From the NCBI GenBank assembly GCA_013239625.1, contig MU053065.1, positions 124,001 through 170,919 of the forward strand: DNA of 46,919 nt, given 5' to 3'. Positions 35,091-46,919 of this stretch are shown here, one piece after another. The stretch is from Lama guanicoe. Its lineage: Eukaryota. Within the stretch, counting starts at the first letter, position 1; each line of letters starts with the position of its first letter. The position numbers were made by a program, and so were the translations under genes. The notes beneath the pieces were generated by a model that made no database searches, was not told the DNA's origin, and saw only the letters and a program-made list of their open reading frames with translations.

Positions 35091-36880
35091 ACGCAGAGGG
35101 AGGAGTACTGTGGAGCTGCTGAGCGGGGCTCAGGCAGAAGCATCAGAGGTGGCCAGACGCCCGCACAGACGTGCAGCCTCACACGCTTTCAGGGCAGCAA
35201 TCAGATAAGTGGAGGCGGAAGGAGCTGGGGTGGGGTTGGGGGGATGGAGGGGAGGTTGGAGCTGCCATGACCAAGCGGGGAGGACTTACTTGTTTCCAGC
35301 CACTCAGACACGGTTTTTGTCCCAACGTAAACACTCGGTTTTTCCACTGCAGTATCTTACATGCGAAATCAGAAAACCTTTCTCAGGGAGGGACCAGAAA
35401 TTACATGAGTTCATCATCATCATTTTTTAATTAAAAGACAGCAACTGCCTGATAATTTGGAAACTTCAGGCTCCTACCCGCAGGTCCACTAATGTGCTGA
35501 AATCTGGGTTAAATGTGCTGAATTTATTTTTTATGAGAATCTTTTACTGAACCTGCCCGGCGGAGGGAGCCTGGTGAGAGTGTGAGAAACTTCTCATTAG
35601 GGGGCCAGGTGTGCTGGATGCGAGGGGATCTGCAACTACCGCTGCCGGGCACCTGCCAGAGCGGGCAGGGCTGCTTGGTCTCATGTCAGTGTGAGTCCCG
35701 AGGGTCCCTGGTGGGGGGCCATGTCCGGGACGGACACTGGGGAGATGCCCACACAGGCGTCCTGAGTAAAGCCTTTGCGTGAGTCATCACCTGTTACCTG
35801 GTGCTGGAAGGCACCCTAAGCGTGATGCTAGTAGCCCAGGCTGCCAGGCTCCAGGCCCACGCTCCCTCCCGTACCCTACCTGGCACCCAGGAGCTCCCTG
35901 ATGCGTGAAAATCCGCATCGTGCCGTGTTGTAAGTGCTGGCCGTGGCAGGACTGGAGGATGGACAGGTGGGACAGGTGTGTGTGCTGGGGAGTCTTGCCA
36001 CCTGTGCAAGGCTCCGGCACAGACACCCTGGAGCAGAGGTGTGTCCCTGGGCACCTTCCCCCAGCCCCAAGACCCTTTGTGTTGCACCAGCAAGCTTTTT
36101 GCTTCGGGGCCAGGCCTTTTGTGTGGAAACATAACTCCACACCAACATTCTAGACCAGAGAAACATCGCATATTTGAGCCAGAGTAGCCCGAAGATCACT
36201 CTCCCGGCCCCTGCATTTTATAGACAGGACATCCAAGCCCCGAGAGCCTCGCTGATTCCTCAAGTCACTCAGCAGGAGTGGCGGATTTGCAGGGGAGAAA
36301 GGGCGCTTTGCACGGGGAAGCACCTCAGCTCGGGGGCACCTGCTCCCCGGGGGAACCTGGTACCGTGCAATGCCTGTCGGACACGCAGGGGTGGGTGCAC
36401 AGCCCAGGCAGGCCCGGCACCGGCTGTCATCCCAGGGACCGGGGCGGGGCGGGGGCGGGGGAGACTCTGTTTCTTGGCTCTTTCTTTTCAGAAGAAACAT
36501 GTCCCCCAGGGGGTATTGTTACGTGGTGGTTGTGGACAGACATAAAGTGTGACAAAGGAAGAGGGTTCCCTTCATGGGAGCTGCAGCTTCGTGTCTAAAG
36601 GTCGCGTTCTTTTAAAAGGACGTGGGGCTGGAGTGGGGATGGGAGAGGCATGGCGAACACCCCCACCCGAAGCCTGGAAAGGTTTCGAGCCACAGAACGC
36701 TGCTGGGCTCAGAGCAGAAGCCTGGGACCAGCACGGGCAGAGGCTGAGGAGGGAGGCTGTGGGTGCAGAGGAGGAGCCGGGAGAGGAGGCCGCAAAACGG
36801 GGGGAGAGCAGGGCAACCTGTGAGCGGACGGAGCGCCTGGGCGCTGAGGACCCCGGCTGAGAGCCCGGCTGCTGCTGGCC

Positions 36881-36910
36881 TCCGTGGCCCGCCGTGGCCC
36901 GCCGTGGCAC
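36881..36910. repeat. 10-bp tandem repeat x3
   Basis: tccgtggccc gccgtggccc gccgtggcac. Confidence 0.85.
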
Positions 36911-36959
36911 GTAGAAAGGGCTCCCCTGGATACTGAGGGGTGAAGATAGGCGGTCTGCA

Positions 36960-37040
36960 ACAGCTTCAGACATTTTGCTATCAATGAATTAGTTTTTATC
37001 ATTTAAGCCAGTTTGAGTTGGGTTTTCTGTCACCCGCGTT
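36960..37040 (+). mobile_element. MaLR (MLT1-type) LTR 3' end
   Basis: tttaagccagtttgagttgggttttctgtcac is the MLT1J/K-type terminal motif. Upstream extent is uncertain. Confidence 0.65.
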
Positions 37041-37044
37041 GGAT

Positions 37045-38300
37045 TTGGTTCCAAGTGCAATGAAAAGCTATTAAGGGATTTTGAGCTGAGGAGTGACAGG
37101 ATCTAATTTATGTGTTTAAAAGATCTCTCTGGCTGCCGAGAGAGAGTGGGCTGTAGAGGGGCTGGAGTAGAACCAGGAGACCCCCCAAGAGGCCGTCGCA
37201 GCCGTGCAGGCGGGAGAAGTGGCTTAAATTTGGGGGGGGGTCATAGCAGAGTGGGCAGATGCCAGCGGAGTCGTGGTGTCACTGCTGTAGAATCAACAAG
37301 ACTGGCGTGGGTGGACCGGGAGGCTGGGAGTGGTTGGGAGGACGGTGGGGCCCTTGGCAGTGCTGACTAGGAGCAGGGTTTGAGGAGTGCTGGGCTGGTC
37401 GGGGGGACAGGCTGGGACTTCTCTTTGGAGCAGATTACGCTGGAGATGCCAATTAGACAACTCAGCGGAGATGACAGGTTGGTAGTCGGGTATCAGGCGG
37501 AAGGTCAGGGTTAATTTGGATGTCACCAGTGATGAAGGAGAAAATAAAAGTAATGTAGGGAGAAAATAGAGATATGGAGGGCTGAGGACTGAGCCCTGGC
37601 GTTTGCCAATCTTAGAGTCAGGTAGAGGTGGAGAGGCCAGCAGTGGACATGGAGAGAGGGTGGCCAGAGAGAGAGGAAGCCAGCCAGGGCAGGGCGGGGC
37701 CACAGCACCCAGGCGGGAGAGGCCAGCTGTGTCCAGTGGTGCTGAGGGGTCACACAGAAGAAGAACACAGAAGTGTGCACAGGATCTGGCAACATGGCGG
37801 TCATGGGTGACCTTGACAGGAAGCCAGGCTGCAGTGAACAGAGTGAACGGGAGGAGGGGAGTGGGGGAGCGGGCCCAGGAGGTGCTTCAAGGTGCGCTGT
37901 GAGAGGAGCAGATCAGCGGAGCTGCGGCTGGAGGGGGACGTGGGTTCCAGGGAGGGCATCTTACTTTGAAAGACAGGAGGTGGCGGAGCACGCGTACAGT
38001 GATGGGAACGACCTAGTGTGGGGGGCATAAATTGATAATCCAGGAAAGAGGGGGATCCCTTCTAGAATGAAGAGCTCGAGAAGGCGAGGGGTTGGAAAAC
38101 TGCTAGTCTGGCCTCTCCTGGGAGAATAAATGGGGGGATGACTGAGAATATGAGATCGGGAGGAGGGAAGGCTGTAGATTTGGTGGCGGGAAATTAAGGG
38201 GGTTCCTGTTTACTTGTTTTCTCAACGGACCACAGGGTGAGGCAACGAGATGAGGGTCTTGAGGGGAGTTGAGATAAGAGGAAAGAAAGGCATCAAACCG
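37045..38300 (-). mobile_element. Long L2 LINE fragment
   Basis: aagggattttgagctgaggagtgacaggatctaatttatgtgtttaaaagatctctctggctgc; aggactgagccctgg; ggatctggcaacatggcggtcatgggtgaccttgacagg are all antisense L2 motifs, in order. Confidence 0.8.
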
Positions 38301-41300
38301 CAGTCTGAGCGCACAGGGGGGTGACCTTACCGGGATCTGTAGGGCGAATACAGGGTGATGCTGAGTGCCTGTTTGAACCTTGTGGCTATAAAATTTAAGT
38401 GCCAGTAGTCACCCTGGCTCTGTGGTTTCCTCCAGGACTGTTCAGTTGCTGGGGTGCAGGTGTGGAGAAGATGGAGTGTTGGGTGCAGGTGGACTTGGGA
38501 TGCAGCTTGGGGAGTGGAAGAAGGGAGGCAGGGTTTGAGGTTATTTCCAAGGGAGAGATGATAGTGAGCAATAATTACACAAATCCAAGAATTTGGGAGA
38601 TAGAAAAGATGCTGGAAGTGCAGATTTGGGACCATCAGCTAAGGGTTGGTCGAGATTGCCCAGGGAGGGGGCGGCATGGGAAAGAAGAGGGCCAGTGATC
38701 AAATCTGAGACTCAACACTTAAGGGGTGAGAGGAGGAGCCTTCGGGGTGACTGAGAGGGAGGAAACGGGGGCGGGGGGGAGGTGGTGTCATGGAAAACAA
38801 AGGAAAGAGGAGGGATGGCCAGCAGCATCCCATGCTTCCAAGAAGTCCCGGAATTGTGACTTTAGATGTCCCTGGTGACGTAGCTGGAAGTGCTTTCAGA
38901 GGAACGTGGTGTGGGGCAAGTGGAGTAGGGTCGGAGGGTTAACAGTGTTAGAAACCTAGGGAACTTGACCCAGGTCAGAGGAATGAGAAATGGATTAATT
39001 TTCCAAGAGGCTATGGGAAAAGAAGCTATGACCTGAACTCAGGGGTTATATTTGGAACCAGAAAACGGCACTTGGCTTCCCCTGGGCCCGGAGCTGTGAG
39101 TGAGAGAGCCCTCTGGGCCTAGGGAGGGAAGCAGGCACGTAAAGGGGTCGGGGAACCGGCAGGAGTGAGGACGGGGTCCTGAGGCATCTGAACGTGTGAG
39201 TAACTGTACATTGCCTGCCCGTGTGTCACTTGAGCCTGGAGATTTCCCACAAGTAAAGCAGCTTGTGCATTCCCAGCGCCTCCAGCCGAGTGAGTGGAGG
39301 GGATGGGACGGGGCGGGAAGTGAGGGTGCGGTCACGAAGGGCCAGCCCACAGTGTCAAGGCCAGGCTTTCAAACAGAGAAACCACTTTGCAGGGAGGCAC
39401 AGAGGTGAGCAGGCTGGGTGCCTGTGGGACGTTTACATTAGGGAGAATGTTACAGGTTTCACACCCCACCCCCAGTACCTGGAATAGCCCCCGTGAGCCA
39501 CAGAAAGGTGAGTGAATATCTGAAGCTAAAAACCTAGAGTTGGACCCCAGTGGGACCAGCAAAAACGTCTGTGGATGTGAGTTCTTGAGCCCAGGATACC
39601 TTGGCAGTGACAGTTTATGCTCTAAAAAAGCCCTGGATCGTTGGAGGGGGCAGTTCGCCATTCTTTGCCACAAAAGCCTTTGTGTTCTCGCCGCACGTCC
39701 TGCGTCCGTCTCTTTCAGTGTCAGGGTCAGGAGTCGGCGCTGGACCATGGTATCTCTCAGCCTTACTTACGGCCCCTGCGTGGACTCCTGCCTCCACTTT
39801 GGCTCTGTTTTTCTCCCAGTTTCTCTTTCCTGCTGCTTCCCAAGCTGGTGTATGGCGTAAAGTCGCAGGGGTGGCCTGGCTTCCTCTTCCTGTCTAGTCT
39901 CCTGTGGGTGGGCTCAGATGCCCCAGGCCCTTTCCCCTCCTTCCAAATGAGGGGTGTTTGCTCGGCTTGGGAGTGTGGCGAGGAGACGGGAACCACACTG
40001 CAACCGGGCATCCTGAAAGGGTGGTCCACGGAGGCCTGCTGGAGGGGGCGGTTGCTGCTGCTGCTCTCTGCAGCCCTGGACCTCCTCCAGGCCACGCATG
40101 CTTGGGTCAAAGCGCGGGCGGCACCATGCTGTCTACCAAGCCTCACCATGACTTCACGCTTAACTCTTGCAGATAGAGTTTTGTAAATTGCCAGACCCAG
40201 AAAGTCAGTGTTTCTGATGTTTTTCACTGTCGGGGATTCTGAATGCAGAGCCCAGTGAGCAGCTTCCTGCTTATTCACTGGGCGCTCTCATTACCAGAAG
40301 CCACAGGGAGGCGCGGGGCCAGGTGAGGGTGGGAGGGCGTCTCTGGAGCGGACACAGAGGTCACAGGCCTGGCTTGTGTTCCCGCTGCTCTGATTTGCCT
40401 GGAGGTTGCTAACAGCGCTTTGCACTCGGGTCTGCTGGCACACTCATTCGCCCAGCCCACACTCCCAGACGTTCTCATCTTCCCTCGGTAGAATTCGCGC
40501 TGGAACTGAGGCTGCTGCCAGGTGCACACAGCAGGCATCCTTCCCTCTCACTGTCCACCTGCCTTTCCCTTCTGGGCAGTTTCTTACTTGGCAAATAGCA
40601 TTGAGAAGCGCCCAGTGTCTAGGTGGTGAGGTGGGAGTGGTGGGGTGGGGGAGCAGAGACAAGGGGAGCAGAGACAAGGTCTACTCTCTGTCGGCCCCTC
40701 CGACCTCTTGGGAGAGCTGTAAGTGGTGTGAAGTCTGCACGTCCCTTTCCCCTCCATCCCCAGCTGCTCTGTCGTCACGAGAGGCCTTGGGGCTTCTTCT
40801 CACTCTCCATGGCCTTGTCACCTAAGAGTCACAGCCGGGCTGGGCCCATTAGTCTTGGAGGCAACAGAAATTGCTTTGCCTTGGATTTGATGGTTTAGGC
40901 GATGGCAGCATTTATCCAGGCGCTTCCCACTTAGGAACAGGTCATATTTCTAGCAATGTATTTATAAATTGGCTGTTGGCTACTTGAAAACAATTCTTTT
41001 CATGGAAACGCATTTTCAGGTGGTGGTTAGGTTTCCATGCCAGCACACAAAGGGCTGTGTCACTTGGATTAAAGTAAATTGTCAGCTTGTTGGAAGGGAC
41101 AGGTCTCGGTCAAGGTTTAAATTGAAGAGGAGCGAGGGGCGGTTGGCCCGGGAGAAGGAAAGGTCGTCCCACCAGGTCTGCGCAACGATGCGGCCAGGCT
41201 GGGGCACGCGCGCATGCGTGCATACATTCATTCATTCACGAGTCCTTTCCTTCTCTCACACCCCGAATTCAAATTCAACAGTCCTGTTTGTTTTACCTGA

Positions 41301-42794
41301 AAAAATATAGCCCAAATTTCACCACTTTAAACTTTTTGCTAGGTACCATCATCCTAGTCCGAACCGCCATCCTCTTTTCAAATTCCTCTTCCTCATTTGT
41401 CCGCCCTGTCCCCTTCCCTACAGTCTGTTCTAAACGTCACTGCCAGAGTAAACCTTTCAAATGCAAGTCAGGTCTAGCCACCTCACAAGGATAACACAGC
41501 GCGCATCCTGGAGGCTGTGCCTCCCCGCCCTCCGCCCCCACTCCAGTCAGTTCCCCTTACCTCCTGCCAGCTCCACACAGGCGGGGGTCAAGATTCCTCG
41601 GCTGCCTGCTTTCTTCTGGGGGCTGCCTGGTTTCCTTTCCGCCCACCCACTCTGTCTAAGTCCCGAGGTTTCTCCTCAGCATCCTGGGTGTTACCTGCCT
41701 TTGGAGTGGGCTTAACCCCTATGCTCCGCTTTCGGAGAACAAGACAACTGCACTCCCCTCGCCTGCTGCATACACTCACAAGAGGACACCTGTTTTTTTT
41801 TTTTTGACTGTGCCCCATAGGTTCACAATTACAACGATTCATCTCCTCTCTCCTCCTCTGTTCATGGTGAATGGCAGTCCCGTTCCCACTCCCGTGTCAC
41901 TTTCCCTCCACTCGGCACGGGGCTTCTGACTGCCCCTTGCTCGTCAGTTTGTCCCTCTCCCTCCCTGCCCTGGATCCCCAGCCTGCCAGTGGGCCTCCCC
42001 TTCCCGGTGTGAGCTGACATCCCTAGGGGAGCCGACCCCGTCTAGGCCGCCCTCATGCTCAGAGAAGGCCCGGATCTGCGACTCCCGCTGCCCTGTTGGC
42101 CTGACTGAGGCTTCAATCACTCTGGCCGTTGGCTTCTCCTTGGAGCTCCTGCTGACACCATTCAGGAACCAGGGCTGACTCTTGCCCTCCTGTGGCCCGC
42201 TCAGGGTGTTTCTGGGCCATGTGTTATGACCACAGAGAACTCAGGGACTGAAAACGCCCCTCCCTGGCCTCCTCCATCGCCCAGCACGGTCCGACCGTCA
42301 CCACCGGAGAAGGAACCCTCTTCCCGCGTCCAGACTCTCCGTTCCGCACGGCGCCCCTTCCGTCCACCCGCAGTCTTCGTGCCCCAGCCCTGGTTCTGCC
42401 ACGTTGCGGGAACTGCTCTCGAAGTCACTTGCCCCTGGGGCTGCGCTCCTGCCACCACCAGCCTCTTCTCCTGACCACTTGTTTACAGGTTCCCAGCCTC
42501 TCTGCTGTCTGGGTGACGGGAGCACCCAGCCAAGACAATCTGAATTAATTTTGCAAGTAAAATTTAATCAGACGACCTATCAAGCGCTTCACTAAATCAA
42601 GACGTATTACATCTCGTGTGTGCCCTGAGCCCATTCATCATGTAAGTCAGCCCCCGAAATGCCAGCCAGGCTCAGGGCAAAAACGAAGAGCATTCTTGTC
42701 TGAAGTCAGAAGGCATCTTCCTTGTCCCCAGATTTGCCACACGAGAGGCCTCGCCCTGCGCTTTTGCTGGTGACAACATCAAGAAGGCATCGTT

Positions 42795-43015
42795 AGTGGT
42801 ATCGGAGTCAGGGTCAGAAGCACTTGAAACAATCTCTGTTCTGACACTTACTAGCTGTGCAATTCTGAGCAACTTACTTGGCCTCTCTGAGCCTCAGTTT
42901 TCTTATGTGTAAAACAGAAATGATATCTCTCCAGGGGGCTGTTATGAGGTGAAAAGAGAGAAACCTACATGAAGTGTCTGCATTATAGTAGACGTGCTCT
43001 AAATATTACTTCCTT
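42795..43015 (+). mobile_element. MIR SINE
   Basis: cacttactagctgtgcaattctgagcaacttacttggcctctctgagcctcagttttcttatgtgtaaaacag. Confidence 0.85.
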
Positions 43016-44574
43016 TCCCCCCATTCGCAGTAAAAACCCGGCAGATGTCTTCACATCAGCCAGGCTGATGCAGTGGCATTTACACGCAACATAAATGATA
43101 GAAGATTAACGAGCGAGTAGAGTGCATACAAGTTAACAGTTGGATGAACGTACTTGATAGAGGCAGATGGACTCAGGGGACATTTTCGGTTCACGTAGAG
43201 AGAAAGCAGGCAGACGTTCTCACCTGCCAGACATGGTGGGTGTGGGTGTCCTAGGTTGGTCTCTCTCTGCGTCGTGCTTTTTTTTCTCGCTCTGGCTCGG
43301 TAGCTGTGAGGGTTTGGTTCTATGGAGATTTCTGAGATCCTTAGTAAAGCCTCACCACAGTGATGCTGGTGCGGCCTCATCTTTTTGCTTTGTTTGCTCT
43401 TCCTGTCACTTTTCTAGGTGGCAACTGACTAGAGCCATGGAGGACTGGACAAAGGGGGGTGAGGATGCTCCTGTATCGTCTGCTGATGCTTGGATTAGGA
43501 CTCCTGAGAAGTCTGGGACGGTGACCCCCAGGGGATAGCAGAGGACCCCTGGGGCCACGGGGTGGCAATTCTGCTCTAAGCTTGGCCTCCTGGGAGCTGG
43601 GGAATGAGGTCTTGGCCCCCCAGGACTGACTTTGGGGCAGAGGGGCAGAGACTCCCTAGCTCCCCCTGCCTTCTCTGCTGTGCATGAATGAGGCGCCAGC
43701 AGCCCCAGGACCCTCATCTCTGGTTCGGTGCTTACCTGTGCTGGGCCCTGAGTAGCGAGGGCCAGACACAATCTTCTTGTCCAGCAGGAGCTGCCAGTCC
43801 TGCCTGGCTGTGGTGCTTAATTACAGAGCCAGTTACAGAATGTAACTTAACTTCTTTAAGCACCAAAATTTAAAAAAAAAATACTTTGGCAGCTTGAATG
43901 AAATATTTTCATGTGAATGGACATAAGGAAAGTGTGACTAATAGTCATGCTTTCTTAACCAGTGTACTCAGCACGCAGCTTAATCACTTTTTCATCACTC
44001 GGGGTTGTTACTGGAAACCACCCCACCACTCTGTGTTCTAGTGAGCCAGGACTCCGGAGCTTCGCGGGGTACTCTGTCCCCACAGCTGAACTTCCTGGTT
44101 TCCTTCCCACTTTCTGTGATTTGTCGGTTGCCTCTAACTTTTGCCAGCTTGCTCGCCTCCCTTCTCCTCTCCCCTGTCCTGCACTTAGTGTGAATGAACG
44201 CTCTCGGTATTAGGCTTGGAGTGGGGCCCAGCAGGGTCTCTCTTGTTTGCTCTGAGTCTTTTTTGTTCCCTTTATCTCAGTAGGGTTGAGTCCGCTAGCG
44301 GGTGGCGTTACCCTGCTGCCTGTGCTGACGCTGCATGTGCCCAGCTTTCCAAAGAGATTTTCGGGTCGTGGTCGTGGTCGACAAGGGGCCTGACTTCACA
44401 TTTATTATGTCCGCAGCAGTGCTCCATGCATAGCTGGGTCCCTACACATATGTACACTTTGAATTCATCACTGAATCTAATGAGACAGAATTGAATTGAA
44501 TAGTTAGTTCCACTGAAAATAGAAATAGTTACACCATTAGAAAGAAAGAGAGAATTTCCATCATGTATACAGAA

Positions 44575-44780
44575 GAGCTGGTTTGATAGTGGATAAGAGT
44601 CGGTAAAGTTGGGGTTCTAGTTGGGTGATCTTAGATTACTCTATGCCTCAGTTTCCTCATCTGAGAAGTGGGCTGATTACAGGGCTGCGAGGATTACACG
44701 AGATCTGGCTGTTCAAACCGCGTAGCGCAACACCGGGCGCGCACTCAGCACTTGCTGGTGTTAATAAGGACGATAACAAA
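44575..44780 (+). mobile_element. MIR SINE
   Basis: ctctatgcctcagtttcctcatctgagaagtggggctga...cagggctgcgaggattacacgagat. Confidence 0.8.
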
Positions 44781-45964
44781 GCTTTGGTGTTTGGCTTGGT
44801 GCCTCTGGGGGGCTGGAGTGAGCTTCACGGGGGCTTGTCTAGGGGTCTTTCCTTTTCTGCCCAGGATTTCATCCTCCTTGTTTCCCCCTCCCACGCCTCT
44901 GGGAAGATCTTTATTTGGCCTCAGCTCTATATGGATATTAATGCAGCAATGTTAGGTCTGGAGATTTCCACAGCCTTTGAATAATAGACATTTGGAAAAT
45001 TAAATATTTCTGTCAAGTGAGCCATAAATCCTGGCTGTTTGGGAAGGTGAGAAATCAAAATTGCAAACCAGCCAGGGAGGGAGCAAGCTGGTCCTTCTCC
45101 CTGGTGTGTGGTCTCTGGGGTCGGGGGCGAGGGTGAGTGGAGCAACGGGCAGCAGCAGCGGTGGAGCTGGAAGAGGAGCAGCCCCGGGGCTCAGGGCGGT
45201 CCGGAGAGGGCTGGTTGCTGCCGGTCCTCAGCTCGGCCCACTTGGAAGTTCAGATGGTTCTGACAGAGGCTTCCCCCTAGATCTGCATCAGGGCTTCAAG
45301 CCTCTCTTCTCTTCTTTCCCTCCTGTTTCGGCCTTCCCGTCTACCCACCCACCCGCTAGGCCCCGTCCCTCCCTTCTCCTGCCGCAGTGGAAGCATCAGT
45401 CCCAACAGTTCCTGGCGCGGCTGGACAGCCGCTCGGGAGGCAGGAGCCTGCTCTGGGCATGCTTAGCCGCAGCAACAGCACGCGCTGGGAGAGGCTCTCA
45501 CGTGTAGACACGGCCTCCCAGACCACACAGCGGGGCAGCACAGGTCTCGGGAGCAGGAAACAGCAGGCGAGGAGATGTAGGAGAAGGTCTTTATGTGGGA
45601 CAGGACCATCCCCAGTGCCCCTTCTCCGCTCCCTCGAGCCTCATGATGGCCCAGAGACAGGCACCCACCTTCAGTCTCATCTGTGCTTCTGTCTCCTGCC
45701 TTCTCACCCGTTCATGTGTCTGGATCTGACTCTCGACTGCGGGGCCGCATACGTCTGGTGAGGGGCATGTCAGCTGGTCACCAGTTCTTCATGACCCACT
45801 GGAAAAGGGCTACAGACCAACCCAAGCCTATCTTGGGGAGGCGGGCCGTGGGTGCGGAGACTCGGAGCCATGCCGTACTCTTCCTTTCATGTGCTGGTTC
45901 ACTCGGCGGTTTTGAGGAGGTGGCTAGAATGTGCCAGCTGGGCTGGCTGCCGAGGAGACACAGA

Positions 45965-46145
45965 TAGTACAGAGTCCATCTCACCTTGTGTCGAGCATCG
46001 TGCTAAATCCTTTAAACACGTTAATTCACTTAACCCGAAGAGCCTTATGTTATTATTATCCACTTAAATAAGGGAGTCAGAAAAATTAAGTGACCTTCCC
46101 AGATGGAAGAGCGAAGAATCAAACCCATATCTGACTTTCAGTCAC
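45965..46145 (-). mobile_element. MIR SINE
   Basis: gtgctaaatcctttaaacacgttaattcacttaacc...ttattattatccactt...aaaattaagtgaccttccc. Confidence 0.7.
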
Positions 46146-46249
46146 TCGGAATCGCTTGCCAGTAAGGTCTTGCTGAAAAGTTGAGGGAGCCAGGCCTTGC
46201 CCCTGAGAAGCTCAGAATCTATCTGGAGAGCACACGGATATATTTGAGG

Positions 46250-46780
46250 GGGAAACTCAGCCTGGCATGGATGGCAAGGAACAAGGGAGGGCTTCCTGGA
46301 GGAGGTGATGCCGGAGCTGAATCTAGCAGGAGATATATATTAGGAGCCAGCAGGGGGAAGAGAAGAATGGGAGGTGTAGGGTATTGTGAGGCTGTGAGAA
46401 GAGCTTCAACAAACACACAGAAGCCAGCAAAGACTTTTGTTTAGGTCACAGCAAGCAGGCTGGAGCCAAGGTGTGAGGGGAGAGAGAAGCCAGAGATATG
46501 GCAGAGATCAAATTGTGAAGGGTCTTGTACGTGAGGCTAAAGGCACAAAGAAGCCACTGCGGGGATTTCTACAAAAGGGCACAGGTTGAGATCCTCTGGG
46601 CAGCTGGATAGGAGGCAAAAAACAAAACAAAACAAAACAAAACATGAAGCTGCTGCAGATGCTAGTGAGAAAGGTCTGGAAGTGGATAAATTTGACTCTG
46701 TAGAATGGCCAGTTGACAGGACTCTGCTGGTTAGACATGGGGAGTGTCATTTGTGGAGAAGGGAGGAGCCACGTCTGGCG
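46250..46780 (-). mobile_element. L2 LINE fragment containing (AAAAC)n
   Basis: gggcttcctggaggaggtgatgccggagctgaatct; aagcaggctggagccaagg; aagccactgcggggattt. aaaac repeats at about 46617-46643. Confidence 0.7.
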
Positions 46781-46919
46781 GACCAGAGTGGGCAGCCAGT
46801 TTCCAAATACATGTGGCTTGCCTGCTTATTGGCAATGGGGATCCTCACTGTGGACGCCCGCCCTGTTCCAGCTTCATGTGGTTGAAGTAGATGATTTATG
46901 ACCACTGGGCTGTGGGATG

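Larger units (their letters stand above)
9682..46919 (+). other. Probable long first intron of an unidentified + strand gene
   Basis: Lies downstream of a CpG island with no recognisable coding exon. The two full-length LTRs and the young L1 are on the - strand (the usual antisense bias inside introns), and the + strand appears G/T-rich by eye. Inference only. Confidence 0.5.

Noticed and set aside
37724..37746. REST/RE1-like gtgtcc-agt-ggtgctga within an L2
   Set aside because: Half-site spacing is 3 nt instead of 2 and the CTGTCC half has a mismatch, so it is unlikely to be functional.
43054..43070. Short palindromes (catcagcc-a-ggctgatg here; gcagatgg-gcat-ccatctgc near 3083; ctgcgga-t-accgcag near 5843)
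   Set aside because: Arms of 8 bp or less are expected by chance in 47 kb.

Overview
Mammalian (eutherian) genomic DNA with no recognisable protein-coding exon, RNA gene or prokaryote-type system. The six-frame ORFs are chance GC-rich or repeat-derived frames, or run through N. A CpG island at about 8.6-9.9 kb has its core hidden by a 711-N assembly gap (8971-9681). It separates a less GC-rich left flank from a GC-rich, MIR/L2-dense right side that looks like the long first intron of a + strand gene whose exon 1 is probably in the gap; I cannot identify the gene. Repeats include many MIR and L2 fragments, an L3/CR1 fragment, MER103C, a MaLR end, L1ME ends, a MER41-like ERV1 solo LTR with a perfect GGCC target-site duplication (TSD), a MER21-like LTR and a younger L1 3' end. 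There are no Alu, B1, SINEC, CHR, Bov-tA or PRE-1 SINEs, which suggests a Laurasiatherian, possibly a camelid (inference). The most notable structures are (1) a 2.1-kb insert splitting an L2, with the anatomy of an L1 3' transduction carrying an LTR, (2) a 54-bp tandem duplication whose second copy has micro-inversions, (3) candidate non-coding exons and a microexon, and (4) AT-rich motif-dense islands that look like enhancers. I found no convincing novel biological system. Repeat names come from recalled consensus motifs, and boundaries are approximate unless stated as exact.
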